Below, piece after piece: positions 19,474 through 28,639 of a DNA stretch of 64,000 nucleotides. Positions within the stretch are counted from its first letter, which is position 1; each line of letters starts with the position of its first letter. A model generated the notes under the pieces. That model was not told the DNA's origin and searched no databases. It was given only the letters and a program-made list of their open reading frames with translations. A program made the position numbers and the translations under genes. This DNA comes from Clostridia bacterium (GTDB lineage: Bacteria; Bacillota; Clostridia; Oscillospirales; CAG-272): contig JAFTME010000069.1 of NCBI GenBank assembly GCA_017452545.1, positions 31,980 to 95,979 on the forward strand, in the 5' to 3' direction.

Positions 19474-19575
19474 TTTTACATCTCCATTCGTATGTTGACT
19501 TTACGTCATGCTTTGTATTAAAAAGCAGCGCAGGGAGTCAAGCATCGGTTTCAAAATTATTCTGTCGGTTGATTT

Positions 19576-20658
19576 TTATTGATACATTTCTTTAATCTCA
19601 CGGATGAGTCTTGGGATGAGCTCACATTCCGGGAGCTTTTCGATGATCCGTCCTTTTTTGAACAGCAGTCCCTCGCCGCGCCCGCCGGCAATACCAATGT
19701 CTGCCTCGCGCGCTTCACCGGGACCGTTGACGATACAGCCCATCAGCGCTACACGGATGGGTAAGCGATCCAACCCCTCTTCCTTTGCAGCATGCTTGAA
19801 CTGCTCGGATAGAGCGACCAGATCTATTTTTGTTCTGCCGCATGTCGGGCAGCTGACGATATCCATACCACTTTGTCCCTCAATGTGCAGCGAGTCGATA
19901 ATGTCGCGTGCAGCGTCGATCTCCTGCAGCGGATCGTCTGTCAGCGATACGCGCAGTGTGTCGCCAATGCCGTCGCAAAGCAGACTACCGATGCCGATCG
20001 CGCTCTTGATTCGTCCCGTGTTTCCGTTTCCTGCCTCCGTTACCCCGAGGTGGATCGGATACGGACATACGCTTGAGAGCAGGCGGTTGGCTGCAATCAT
20101 ATTGGAAACATCGGAGGATTTGATTGAAATTACAATATCCGTAAAGTCATACTTTTCGAGCAGAGCGGCATGCTGCAGCGCACTTTCGCAAAGAGCTTGC
20201 GGTGTAGGAGCGCCGTATTTTTGCACCAATTCCTTTTCGAGCGAACCGCTGTTGACACCGATCCGAATGGGAATTCGACGCTCGCGGCAAACCTCGGCCA
20301 CGCGGCGAACGTGCTCTTCTCCACCGATGTTACCGGGATTGATGCGTATTTTATCCACCCCAAGCTCTGCGCAGCGCAGAGCAATGCGATGATCAAAGTG
20401 GATATCCGCCACAACGGGAATGCGAATTCCCTGTCGTTTGATCTCCGGAATAGCCTCGGCTGCCTGCATATCGGGGACCGTGATGCGGACGATATCGCAG
20501 CCGCGCTCTTGCAGCTGTGCAATTTGCCTCACGGTTGATTTTATATCGTGTGGGTCGGTGTTGGTCATCGACTGAATAGCAATAGGATGCCCGGAGCCAA
20601 TCGGAACGCTCCCCACACAAACCGTTTTTACATTTCTTCTGATTTTTTGATAATTCAT
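19576..20658 (-). CDS. ispG: 4-hydroxy-3-methylbut-2-en-1-yl diphosphate synthase
   Basis: Full-length GcpE/IspG similarity, with C-terminal Fe-S cysteines (SCPTCGR ... GCIVNGPGE). Confidence 0.95.
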   Translation of the reverse strand: MNYQKIRRNVKTVCVGSVPIGSGHPIAIQSMTNTDPHDIKSTVRQIAQLQERGCDIVRITVPDMQAAEAIPEIKRQGIRIPVVADIHFDHRIALRCAELGVDKIRINPGNIGGEEHVRRVAEVCRERRIPIRIGVNSGSLEKELVQKYGAPTPQALCESALQHAALLEKYDFTDIVISIKSSDVSNMIAANRLLSSVCPYPIHLGVTEAGNGNTGRIKSAIGIGSLLCDGIGDTLRVSLTDDPLQEIDAARDIIDSLHIEGQSGMDIVSCPTCGRTKIDLVALSEQFKHAAKEEGLDRLPIRVALMGCIVNGPGEAREADIGIAGGRGEGLLFKKGRIIEKLPECELIPRLIREIKEMYQ

Positions 20659-20691
20659 TTTAAACCACCGGTTGATAAATACTCCTGCTAA

Positions 20692-21759
20692 TCAAAACAG
20701 ATTGACAATATCCTTACAAACCACAAAGAACATCAAAGCCATCAGCAGCATCATGCCGCCGAAATTGATTTTTGCTTCAATGTCTGCAGGAATACGCTTT
20801 TTGGTTACGGCTTCGATCAAAAGGAAAAACAAGCGCCCTCCGTCAAGCGCGGGAAACGGAATGAGATTAAAGACGCCCAAATTGATGGAAATTAACGAGG
20901 TAATATTCAGTGCATAATTCAGAATCTGCATGCCGTTCCAATTGCTGTTGGCAACTGTATCCGCCACGGCAGCCGTTACGCCAACAGGACCGGAAAGCTG
21001 TGCGACACCGTATTTCCCGACGATTAGATTATACAAGCTATCCCAAACCATCTTGATCAGTGATGTTGAACGCCAGAAGGAATGCTTGATCAGATCAAAA
21101 AATCCGGGATCCTTCAAGGCAAGCACGTAAAAATCATACGATCCAAAGGTGATGCCGCTGTCAACCGACGTCGGAAATTGCACCTGCTCCAAGACCTGCT
21201 TCTCTCCGTTTCGGATGACTGTCAGATCAATGGGCTTGTCACCTTGATTTGTAATTTCATAGGTCAACTCTTCGCCGGTATGAACCCGCACGTTGCCAAC
21301 CTTGATTACCGTATCGCCAAGCAGCAGACCGCCCTCCTGTGAGCTGGTAGCTCCCTCTTGGAAATCTGCAATCGTCGTCGTGGCGATCTTTCCGGAGGCA
21401 GCCGCGATACAAACGATCACAAAAACGATCACAAAGCCTATGATCAGATTCATGGTTGCTCCCGCAACAACGACGGCAATTCTCTGCCAAACGTTCTTTT
21501 TACCAAAGGAGCCTTCCTCATCAGACTCCTCCTGCTCACCGACCATGCTGACGTAACCGCCGATCGGAAGCGCTCGTAAAGAAAACAGCGTTCCCGTTTT
21601 TTGTGATTTTTTTCCATAGATTTTCGGTCCCATACCAATGGAAAACTCATCTATGGTAATTCCGCACCATCTGGCTACCGTGTAATGCCCAAATTCATGG
21701 ATCATAATCAAAAAGCCAAAGACAAGCACGGCGATAAGAATACTCCAAAAAACAGTCAT
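20692..21759 (-). CDS. rseP: RIP metalloprotease (site-2 protease) RseP/RasP
   Basis: HEFGHY zinc motif in TM1, a central PDZ domain, and C-terminal NLIPFPALDGG. Confidence 0.9.
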   Translation of the reverse strand: MTVFWSILIAVLVFGFLIMIHEFGHYTVARWCGITIDEFSIGMGPKIYGKKSQKTGTLFSLRALPIGGYVSMVGEQEESDEEGSFGKKNVWQRIAVVVAGATMNLIIGFVIVFVIVCIAAASGKIATTTIADFQEGATSSQEGGLLLGDTVIKVGNVRVHTGEELTYEITNQGDKPIDLTVIRNGEKQVLEQVQFPTSVDSGITFGSYDFYVLALKDPGFFDLIKHSFWRSTSLIKMVWDSLYNLIVGKYGVAQLSGPVGVTAAVADTVANSNWNGMQILNYALNITSLISINLGVFNLIPFPALDGGRLFFLLIEAVTKKRIPADIEAKINFGGMMLLMALMFFVVCKDIVNLF

Positions 21760-21813
21760 TTAAAATCTCCTTTTTCTCCTACCGGGTGTGAAAATAAACC
21801 GATAGTTTAAAAA

Positions 21814-22989
21814 TCAATCGAAGTGTTGCGCGATGTAGTCGCTTGCCGTTTGGCGTGCCATACCATCGTATGCAAGAATTTCGTCCAACGTTTTACCGCC
21901 CGAGGCATCGGTAAGAACGGAGAGCGTATGCTCTACCGTGTCCGCGATATCTCCAAAGCGGATCTTGTTACTCAAAAATGCTGATACTGCGATCTCGTTT
22001 GCCGCGTTTAACACTGCAGGAAGCGCACCGCCGGCGGCGATGCATTCGCGTGCACGGCGCAGAAGGACAAAGGTTTCATCATCCGGTGCATAGAAGCTCA
22101 GCTTCCCGATCGTAGGAAGATCCAAGGGCTTCAACTGCGATTGGAGACGGTACGGATGCGTGATCGCGTTTTGAATGCAAAGACGCATATCAGGCACTGC
22201 CAGTTGTGCAAGAATACTATGGTCAATATATTCGACCATAGAATGAATTATACTTTCACGGTGAACCACAACGTCGACTCGCTGCTCGGGAACCCCAAAC
22301 AAATGGCAAGCTTCAATGATTTCAAAGCCCTTGTTCATCATGGTGGCGCTGTCAACGGTGATTTTCGCCCCCATGCTCCATGTGGGATGCGCCAGAGCAT
22401 CCTCGGCACGCATATCCTTGATCTGCTCTCCCGTTTTACCGAAGAACGGACCTCCCGAAGCCGTCAAAATCAACTTTTGCACTTCGTCTGCGCGATGTCC
22501 CTGCAGGCACTGTGCGATCGCGCAGTGCTCGCTGTCCACAGGTCGGATGGTAATTCCAGCCTTCGTTGCCGCGGACATCACGATATCCCCCGCGACGACC
22601 AGAGACTCCTTGTTTGCCAGCGCAAGCTGCTTGCCGGCATCCAGTGCTGCCAAGGTTTGTGCAAGCCCTGCTTGACCAACGATGGCGTTCAAGACCAGCG
22701 GCGCCTTGGCTTGGCGGATCATTTCACTGATTCCTGCAGCGCCCGACAGTACCCTAATATCGGTATCACGCAGCTGCAGTTTCAGCTCTGCAGCTGCGTG
22801 CTCATCGCCCATAGCGCAAAATTTTACGCGGTGACGGCGTGCTTGCTGCGAGACGGTATCGACATCCTTCCCTGCACAAATCGCTTCTACAGGGATTTTA
22901 AGATGCTCTGCAACATCAAGCGCTTGCGTGCCGATCGAGCCGGTTGATCCGAGAACGATCAAGCCCTGCTGCATCATAGTGGATTGCAT
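21814..22989 (-). CDS. dxr: 1-deoxy-D-xylulose-5-phosphate reductoisomerase
   Basis: LGSTGSIG NADPH-binding motif with full-length similarity. GGAGGA RBS 8 nt upstream of the ATG at 22989. Confidence 0.95.
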   Translation of the reverse strand: MQSTMMQQGLIVLGSTGSIGTQALDVAEHLKIPVEAICAGKDVDTVSQQARRHRVKFCAMGDEHAAAELKLQLRDTDIRVLSGAAGISEMIRQAKAPLVLNAIVGQAGLAQTLAALDAGKQLALANKESLVVAGDIVMSAATKAGITIRPVDSEHCAIAQCLQGHRADEVQKLILTASGGPFFGKTGEQIKDMRAEDALAHPTWSMGAKITVDSATMMNKGFEIIEACHLFGVPEQRVDVVVHRESIIHSMVEYIDHSILAQLAVPDMRLCIQNAITHPYRLQSQLKPLDLPTIGKLSFYAPDDETFVLLRRARECIAAGGALPAVLNAANEIAVSAFLSNKIRFGDIADTVEHTLSVLTDASGGKTLDEILAYDGMARQTASDYIAQHFD

Positions 22990-23005
22990 CACTGTTCTCC
23001 TCCGC

Positions 23006-23842
23006 TCAAAGCACGGTAAACAGATCGGTCACCGAGGTGATCGCCGTCAGCACAACAGCAACTGCCATGACGGAATCAAAACGGTCAAGCATACCGCCGT
23101 GTCCGGGGAAAATCTTGCCGAAGTCCTTGATACCGTAGTGGCGCTTGACCGCAGACATCGTCAAGTCTCCAATCTGGGAGACAACAGAAACAAACAGACC
23201 GCTGATCGCAAGCACGAGGTAGTTAGCAGAGAGCGTGTCCTTGGCAATTCGGTTAATGATAAAACCAAAGAGCAGCATGGAAAGGATACAGAACACGATG
23301 CCGCCGATGCTTCCCTCCACCGTTTTCTTGGGGCTGACCTCGGGGATCAGCTTATGCTTGCCGAACAGACGTCCGGCAAAGTATGCGAAAATATCCGTGA
23401 TCCACGCACCGATAAAGCAGATCAGATAGACGTACTGACCGACGCTTTCAAGATAGCGCAAATATACGATGCAGGTAAATGCAGCGATAATATAGAAGCA
23501 AGTCAGGAATGCAATACAGACGTCCTGAAACTGGATTTTTCCATGTGAAAAGACAACGAGTGCAAACAGATACAGTGCCAGCACCAAAAGCGTAACCATT
23601 GCAGCAGGCAAAAGGGTTTGCGTTTCTCTCCAAAGCCAGCATAAGATCGGTGCAACGGAGAGCGCAATAAAAGGCACGGAAAGGCCACATTTGCGGAGCA
23701 ATCCGCAGCATTTGAGCATCTCAACGACAGCGATCAGTGTGCACAAAAAAGCGAAAAACGGAAAAACAAAGGTATCGGAAAAATAAATAACAGGCAATAA
23801 AATTGCAACGGCAACAATTGCGGTAATTATACGCTTTACCAT
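23006..23842 (-). CDS. cdsA: Phosphatidate cytidylyltransferase
   Basis: CDS signature SAVKRHYGIKDFGKIFPGHGGMLDRFDS. Polytopic membrane protein. Confidence 0.9.
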   Translation of the reverse strand: MVKRIITAIVAVAILLPVIYFSDTFVFPFFAFLCTLIAVVEMLKCCGLLRKCGLSVPFIALSVAPILCWLWRETQTLLPAAMVTLLVLALYLFALVVFSHGKIQFQDVCIAFLTCFYIIAAFTCIVYLRYLESVGQYVYLICFIGAWITDIFAYFAGRLFGKHKLIPEVSPKKTVEGSIGGIVFCILSMLLFGFIINRIAKDTLSANYLVLAISGLFVSVVSQIGDLTMSAVKRHYGIKDFGKIFPGHGGMLDRFDSVMAVAVVLTAITSVTDLFTVL

Positions 23843-23907
23843 AAATTCATCTCCAAACTACCGAAAACGGTGACTGAAATCAAAGGTGATCTTATATGAA
23901 ACGGTCA

Positions 23908-24633
23908 TTAAACGCCGCCATAGCGACGCGATCTTGAATAAAAGGCTTGAATTGCCTTCTCAACGTCCTGCTCGGTCAAATCGGGCCAAAGAACGTCGGT
24001 AAAATAAAGCTCTGCATACGCAGCCTGCCACAAAAGGAAATTCGAGATCCGATAATCTCCGCCCGTGCGGACGATCATATCGGGATCGGGACATCCCGCT
24101 GTATACAGCGCGTTGGAAATGTCCTCCTCTGTGACCTTGGTAACACCGCGGCCAATCAACTGCTCACACGCATGACATAGCTCCATTCGCGCACCGTAAT
24201 TGATGGCGATATTCAAAATCATATCGTTCCCTTCCGTCCGCTTTTGCAAAGCATTGATCTTTTGCTGAAGTGAGGGACGAAGGGCGGTAATATCACCGAT
24301 CACGCGCACGGAAATACTGTATTCCTTCAGCGCCTTTTCGCTTTCATTGAGATATTGCTCCAAAAGATCCATGATGGCATCGATCTCTTCCTTGGGGCGT
24401 TTCCAGTTTTCCGTGGAAAAGGCATAGACCGTCATCGCACGAAGCCCGCGATCTGCGCAATATTTAGCGATTTTTTGAAAGGTTTTTGCGCCTGCACGGT
24501 GTCCTGCCGTTCGGGGCATGCCGCGATTTTTGGCCCAGCGTCCGTTTCCATCCATAATAAACGCGATATGACGCAGACGCTCGTCCAGCTTTGCCATGTT
24601 TTCAAAGGAGGCTTGATTGCTCATGATGGTCAA
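23908..24633 (-). CDS. uppS: Isoprenyl transferase (undecaprenyl-diphosphate synthase)
   Basis: HIAFIMDGNGRWA and the cis-IPPS C-terminal motifs. The start is ambiguous (TTG at 24633 or ATG at 24624). Confidence 0.92.
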   Translation of the reverse strand: MTIMSNQASFENMAKLDERLRHIAFIMDGNGRWAKNRGMPRTAGHRAGAKTFQKIAKYCADRGLRAMTVYAFSTENWKRPKEEIDAIMDLLEQYLNESEKALKEYSISVRVIGDITALRPSLQQKINALQKRTEGNDMILNIAINYGARMELCHACEQLIGRGVTKVTEEDISNALYTAGCPDPDMIVRTGGDYRISNFLLWQAAYAELYFTDVLWPDLTEQDVEKAIQAFYSRSRRYGGV

Positions 24634-24659
24634 TGATCCTTTCCGAATATAGAATCATA

Positions 24660-24685
24660 GGGCGAAATACTGTGATATTTCGCCC
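24660..24685 (-). other. 10-bp stem-loop between frr and uppS (no U-tract)
   Basis: GGGCGAAATA (24660-24669), 6-nt loop, TATTTCGCCC (24676-24685). Confidence 0.35.
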
Positions 24686-24747
24686 CAAGAATCTCTCTTA
24701 TGGGATTTTCACAGAGTGCTTACAAAAGCAAATTGCTTGCTTTTATA

Positions 24748-25302
24748 TCAGATTTCCATGATATCCTTTTCCTTCTTTGCAGTCATCTCTTCGATGCGCT
24801 TGATATACTTATCGGTCATATCCTGGATTGCCTTTTCTGCAGCCTTGAGCTCGTCCTCGGTCAGAACGCCATCCTTCTTCTGCTTCTTGGCATCCTCGTT
24901 GGCGTCGCGGCGGTTGTTACGGATAACGACCTTTGCCTCCTCGGAATACTTCAGTACCTGCTTGCGGATCTCCTTGCGGCGCTCTTCCGTCAGCTGAGGG
25001 AAGACAAGTCGGATCACCTTACCATCGTTTGCAGGGGTAATGCCGATATCGGACATCAGAATTGCCTTCTCCATCGCCTTGAGCGTGGAAGCATCGTAGG
25101 GGGAGATGGTCAGCGTTCTTGCATCTGCAACGCGAACGTCTGCCATGGTGGTCAGCAGCGTAGCAGAGCCGTAGTATTCAAACGTGATGCGGGAGAGAAC
25201 AGCTGCGTTGGCCTGTGCGGCGCGAACCGAGCCGAGTGTGCCCTCGAAGTTGGCAATGACCTTTTCATTCTTGGCTTCCAGTGCTTTGGTATCGTACTTC
25301 AT
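24748..25302 (-). CDS. frr: Ribosome recycling factor
   Basis: Full-length RRF similarity (184 aa; ...LTEERRKEIRKQV...). Confidence 0.95.
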   Translation of the reverse strand: MKYDTKALEAKNEKVIANFEGTLGSVRAAQANAAVLSRITFEYYGSATLLTTMADVRVADARTLTISPYDASTLKAMEKAILMSDIGITPANDGKVIRLVFPQLTEERRKEIRKQVLKYSEEAKVVIRNNRRDANEDAKKQKKDGVLTEDELKAAEKAIQDMTDKYIKRIEEMTAKKEKDIMEI

Positions 25303-25469
25303 GATGTAAAACCGTTGTCAGGAGAGTGTCCTGACTTTCCTTTCTTGTGTTGATTGTATTATTATTTTTTAATTAAAAATCTACGCTTAATATCTGCCAA
25401 GCTCACGGGCGAGCTTGATGATCTCGGTCATATTCTCAAAAAAACAGAGCATAGTAGCACTCGGAATGT

Positions 25470-26186
25470 TCAGTTGTGAATTTCCGTACCGATTTTTTCT
25501 CCCATAACAACACGGTAAATGTTGTTCGGATCAGCCAGTGCGAAGGAGTAGCACTTAATGTGATTTTCCATGCAGAAGGACATGGCAGTCGTATCGATGG
25601 CACGCAAGCCCTTCTCCAGGATTTCCATATATGTGATCTCTTCGTATCTTGTAGCGTTGGGGTCTACTTTGGGATCTGCACTGTAGACTGCGTCAACGTT
25701 TTTCGCCATCAGGATAACGTCTGCCTCAATCTCTGCAGCTCGCAGAGCGGCTGCGGTATCGGTCGAGAAGAAGGGCAAGCCGGAGCCGCCGCCGAATATA
25801 ACGACCTTCCCCGCATTCAGGGCAGCAACTGCATCGCGGGAGGTATAATGATCTGCAAAGGTATCCATTTCTACGGCACTCATGACCGTGCAGTCGATGC
25901 CTGCTTGCTCAAAGCTGTCCTGCAGAGCCAGTGCGTTGATGGTCGTAGCCAGCATACCCATATGGTCCGCACGGCAGCGATTCATTTTCCCGCCCTGTCT
26001 GCCTCTCCAAATATTACCGGCGCCACACAAAACGCCGACCTGAACACCCGCCTCGGTACATTTCTTTACGACCTCTGCGACCTGTCCGATAAAATCAAAA
26101 TTCAAGATGCCGTCAGCGCCTGCAGCAAGTGCCTCACCGGATAACTTGAGCAGCACCCGACGGTATTTCGGTTCGTTATTCTCCAT
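25470..26186 (-). CDS. pyrH: UMP kinase
   Basis: RVLLKLSGEAL amino-acid-kinase motif. 238 aa. Confidence 0.95.
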   Translation of the reverse strand: MENNEPKYRRVLLKLSGEALAAGADGILNFDFIGQVAEVVKKCTEAGVQVGVLCGAGNIWRGRQGGKMNRCRADHMGMLATTINALALQDSFEQAGIDCTVMSAVEMDTFADHYTSRDAVAALNAGKVVIFGGGSGLPFFSTDTAAALRAAEIEADVILMAKNVDAVYSADPKVDPNATRYEEITYMEILEKGLRAIDTTAMSFCMENHIKCYSFALADPNNIYRVVMGEKIGTEIHN

Positions 26187-26300
26187 GGTAAAGATCAGTT
26201 TCCTTCCTAAAAATTGACATAAGTATTTACTCTAATATTTTACTACAAAATCCGCTTTTTGTAAACAGGAATTTTGTAAATAAATCAAAGATTTTTTCAA

Positions 26301-26339
26301 AAAAGCAAAAAAGAGTCGCCGCGCAATGCGCGGCGACTC
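26301..26339 (-). terminator. Intrinsic terminator after tsf
   Basis: 12-bp GC-rich stem: GAGTCGCCGCGC-AAT-GCGCGGCGACTC (26313-26339). A U-run follows on the minus strand (26301-26312). Confidence 0.8.
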
Positions 26340-26365
26340 GGAAATGCTGTGAATACAAGACGAGA

Positions 26366-27292
26366 TTACTTACCTGCGGTCATCTTTGCGATTTCCTCAG
26401 CAAAGTTCTCTTCTCTCTTCTGGATGCCCTCGCCCTTCTCATAGCGGACGAACTCGACGATTGCGATCTTACCGCCAAGCTCCTTAGCGACGGTCTCAAC
26501 GTACTTGGAAACCTTCATGTCCTCGTCCTTAACGTAGGTCATGTCAACCAGGCAGTTGTTGTCGTAGAACTTGTTGATACGACCCTGAACCATCTTTTCC
26601 TTGATAGCATCGGGCTTCTTTGCGTTGGCGGGATCGTTGGCGATCTGAGCCAGCAAAATGTTCTTCTCCTCCTCGATAACGGAAGCAGGAACCTGCGTTC
26701 TGTCGAGGTAAGGAGTGGGATATGCACCGATCTGCAGAGCGATGTTCTTTGCGAATGAATCGAAGCCATCCTTGCCTGCAACGTCGGTATCAAACTTAAC
26801 GATAACACCGATGGAGCCGTTACCGTGAACGTAGGTAGCAACAGCGTCACCCTCGATGATGGAGAAACGACGGATGGTCAGCTTCTCACCGATGATAGCG
26901 ATCTTCTCAACGAGCGTAGCCTCAACGGTAGCAGAGGTGCCCTCATAGGTCAGCTTCATCAGAGCGTCCAGATCAGCGGGCTTGTTTGCCAGAATGGTAG
27001 CAAGAACACCGTCAACGAACTCCTGGAAGGATGCGTTCTTTGCAACGAAGTCGGTCTCGGAGTTAACCTCGATGATCGCATACAGGTTGCCCTTGTTGGC
27101 AATCTTAACGATACCGTCAGCAGCAATTCTGCTCTCCTTCTTTGCAGCAGTAGCCAGACCCTTTTCTCTCAGGATCTTAACAGCGGTTTCCATATCACCG
27201 TCAGCCTCAACCAGTGCCTTCTTGCAGTCCATCATACCAAGACCGGTCTTTGCACGAAGCGTAGCGACGTCTTTTGCAGTAATATTTGCCAT
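26366..27292 (-). CDS. tsf: Translation elongation factor Ts
   Basis: N-terminal UBA-like motif LRAKTGLGMMDCKKAL. 308 aa. Confidence 0.95.
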   Translation of the reverse strand: MANITAKDVATLRAKTGLGMMDCKKALVEADGDMETAVKILREKGLATAAKKESRIAADGIVKIANKGNLYAIIEVNSETDFVAKNASFQEFVDGVLATILANKPADLDALMKLTYEGTSATVEATLVEKIAIIGEKLTIRRFSIIEGDAVATYVHGNGSIGVIVKFDTDVAGKDGFDSFAKNIALQIGAYPTPYLDRTQVPASVIEEEKNILLAQIANDPANAKKPDAIKEKMVQGRINKFYDNNCLVDMTYVKDEDMKVSKYVETVAKELGGKIAIVEFVRYEKGEGIQKREENFAEEIAKMTAGK

Positions 27293-27340
27293 AATAGACC
27301 TCTTTTCCGTATTTTTATACGATTTATTTTTTAAGAAAAC

Positions 27341-28075
27341 TTATGCCTCTGCCTCGTCAGCAGCCTCTTCGGTTGCCTCGGGAGCATCCTGCTCGCCCTG
27401 CTTGCCCTCGATGATAGCGTCAGCCAGAACGGAGGAGATCAGCTTGATAGCGCGGATTGCGTCATCGTTACCGGGAATGATATAGTCAGCGTCGTCGGGA
27501 TCGCAGTTGGTATCGACGATAGCGATAACCGGAATACCCAGTTTCTTAGCCTCGAGAACTGCGTTCTTCTCCTTGTGGGGGTCAATGATGAAAATAGCAG
27601 AGGGGAGAGTATCCATGGTCTTGATACCGCCAAGGTTCTTCTCCAGGTCGAACATTTCCTTCTGCAGACCTGCGACTTCCTTCTTGGGAAGCAGGTTGAA
27701 GGTGCCGTCCTCCTGCATCTTGGTCAGGTTGTTCAGACGAGCCAGAGACTTCTTGATGGTCTTGAAGTTGGTCATCATGCCACCGGGCCAACGGTTGTTG
27801 ACGTAGTACATGCCGCAGCGAGTAGCCTCTTCCTTGATAGCCTCTGCTGCCTGCTTCTTGGTTCCGACGAACAGAAGCGTGCCGCCCTGTGCGGAAAGCT
27901 CACGAACGAACATGTAAGCCTCCTCGAACTTCTTAACGGTCTTCTGCAGGTCGATGATATAGATGCCGTTTCTTTCAGTGAAGATGTACTCCTGCATCTT
28001 GGGGTTCCATCTTCTGGTGTGGTGTCCGAAATGAACACCTGCTTCAAGCAGCTGCTTGATGGTAATGATAGACAT
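27341..28075 (-). CDS. rpsB: 30S ribosomal protein S2
   Basis: The true start is [27 protein letters not shown] (GGAGGA RBS). The acidic C-terminal tail is typical of Clostridia. Confidence 0.95.
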   Translation of the reverse strand: MSIITIKQLLEAGVHFGHHTRRWNPKMQEYIFTERNGIYIIDLQKTVKKFEEAYMFVRELSAQGGTLLFVGTKKQAAEAIKEEATRCGMYYVNNRWPGGMMTNFKTIKKSLARLNNLTKMQEDGTFNLLPKKEVAGLQKEMFDLEKNLGGIKTMDTLPSAIFIIDPHKEKNAVLEAKKLGIPVIAIVDTNCDPDDADYIIPGNDDAIRAIKLISSVLADAIIEGKQGEQDAPEATEEAADEAEA

Positions 28076-28223
28076 TTTCAATGTCCTCCTTCGGTTTTTT
28101 CCACCACATGAGTCTTGTGCTGTCACCCGATTCCGGGCACCGATCACACCCATTCATGTGTGTGTATTTTTATTTTCCGTGCGTTTAGGGCATAGATATC
28201 CCTTTGCCCGCACAGATATAGTG

Positions 28224-28252
28224 ATTATATCACAATCACATCTTAATTGCAA
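28224..28252 (-). promoter_or_regulatory. Sigma-A-type promoter of rpsB-tsf
   Basis: On the minus strand: TTGCAA, 17-nt spacer, TATAAT. It lies about 150 nt upstream of rpsB. Confidence 0.55.
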
Positions 28253-28275
28253 TACCGGATCTCGTAATTTACAAT

Positions 28276-28581
28276 TTATTTACAATTATCTCGTTTTTCT
28301 TCCCGTTCTCCGGGATCCGGCATAACCATGCTGCATATCTCCTGCTCGGTCAACCGCACCAAAATGGTGTCGTCACCAAAGCATTCGATCTTGCACCACG
28401 GAATGAAGAGATATTCCGTTCTTCCAAAGGCAAGAAATCCCTTACTCTGCGGAATCATCAGGGACAGCACCGTTGCACATTTGGGGTCAAAAGAGATCTC
28501 CGTTGCAAATCCCAGCCGTCGTCCGTCGCACAAATTGATAATTTCCTTTTTGCAAAGAGAAGCCGTCGTCATTTGTCGCAT
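28276..28581 (-). CDS. ylmC: YlmC/YmxH family sporulation protein (PRC-barrel)
   Basis: KEIINLCDGRRLGF...DTILV pattern, typical of YlmC/YmxH. Confidence 0.8.
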   Translation of the reverse strand: MRQMTTASLCKKEIINLCDGRRLGFATEISFDPKCATVLSLMIPQSKGFLAFGRTEYLFIPWCKIECFGDDTILVRLTEQEICSMVMPDPGEREEKRDNCK

Positions 28582-28639
28582 GATATTCCCTCCCGAATTT
28601 ACAGTTGGTATATTTTATGCAGCACATGACGCCTTATTC

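Noticed and set aside
15241-19521. A giant 1426-aa ORF antisense to polC. Similar cases are 41154..44807 (1217 aa, antisense to the lipoprotein gene), 53836..55515 (guaB), 39576..40880, 56662..57753 and 12175..13299.
   Set aside because: These ORFs are in the codon-aligned antisense frame: 15241-15004 and 44805-41109 are both multiples of 3. Stops can therefore arise only opposite sense codons TTA, CTA or TCA, which this organism's codon bias essentially excludes. The translations are low-complexity (R/G/L/V-rich), have no RBS or family resemblance, and overlap strongly supported genes. They are a compositional artefact, not overlapping genes.
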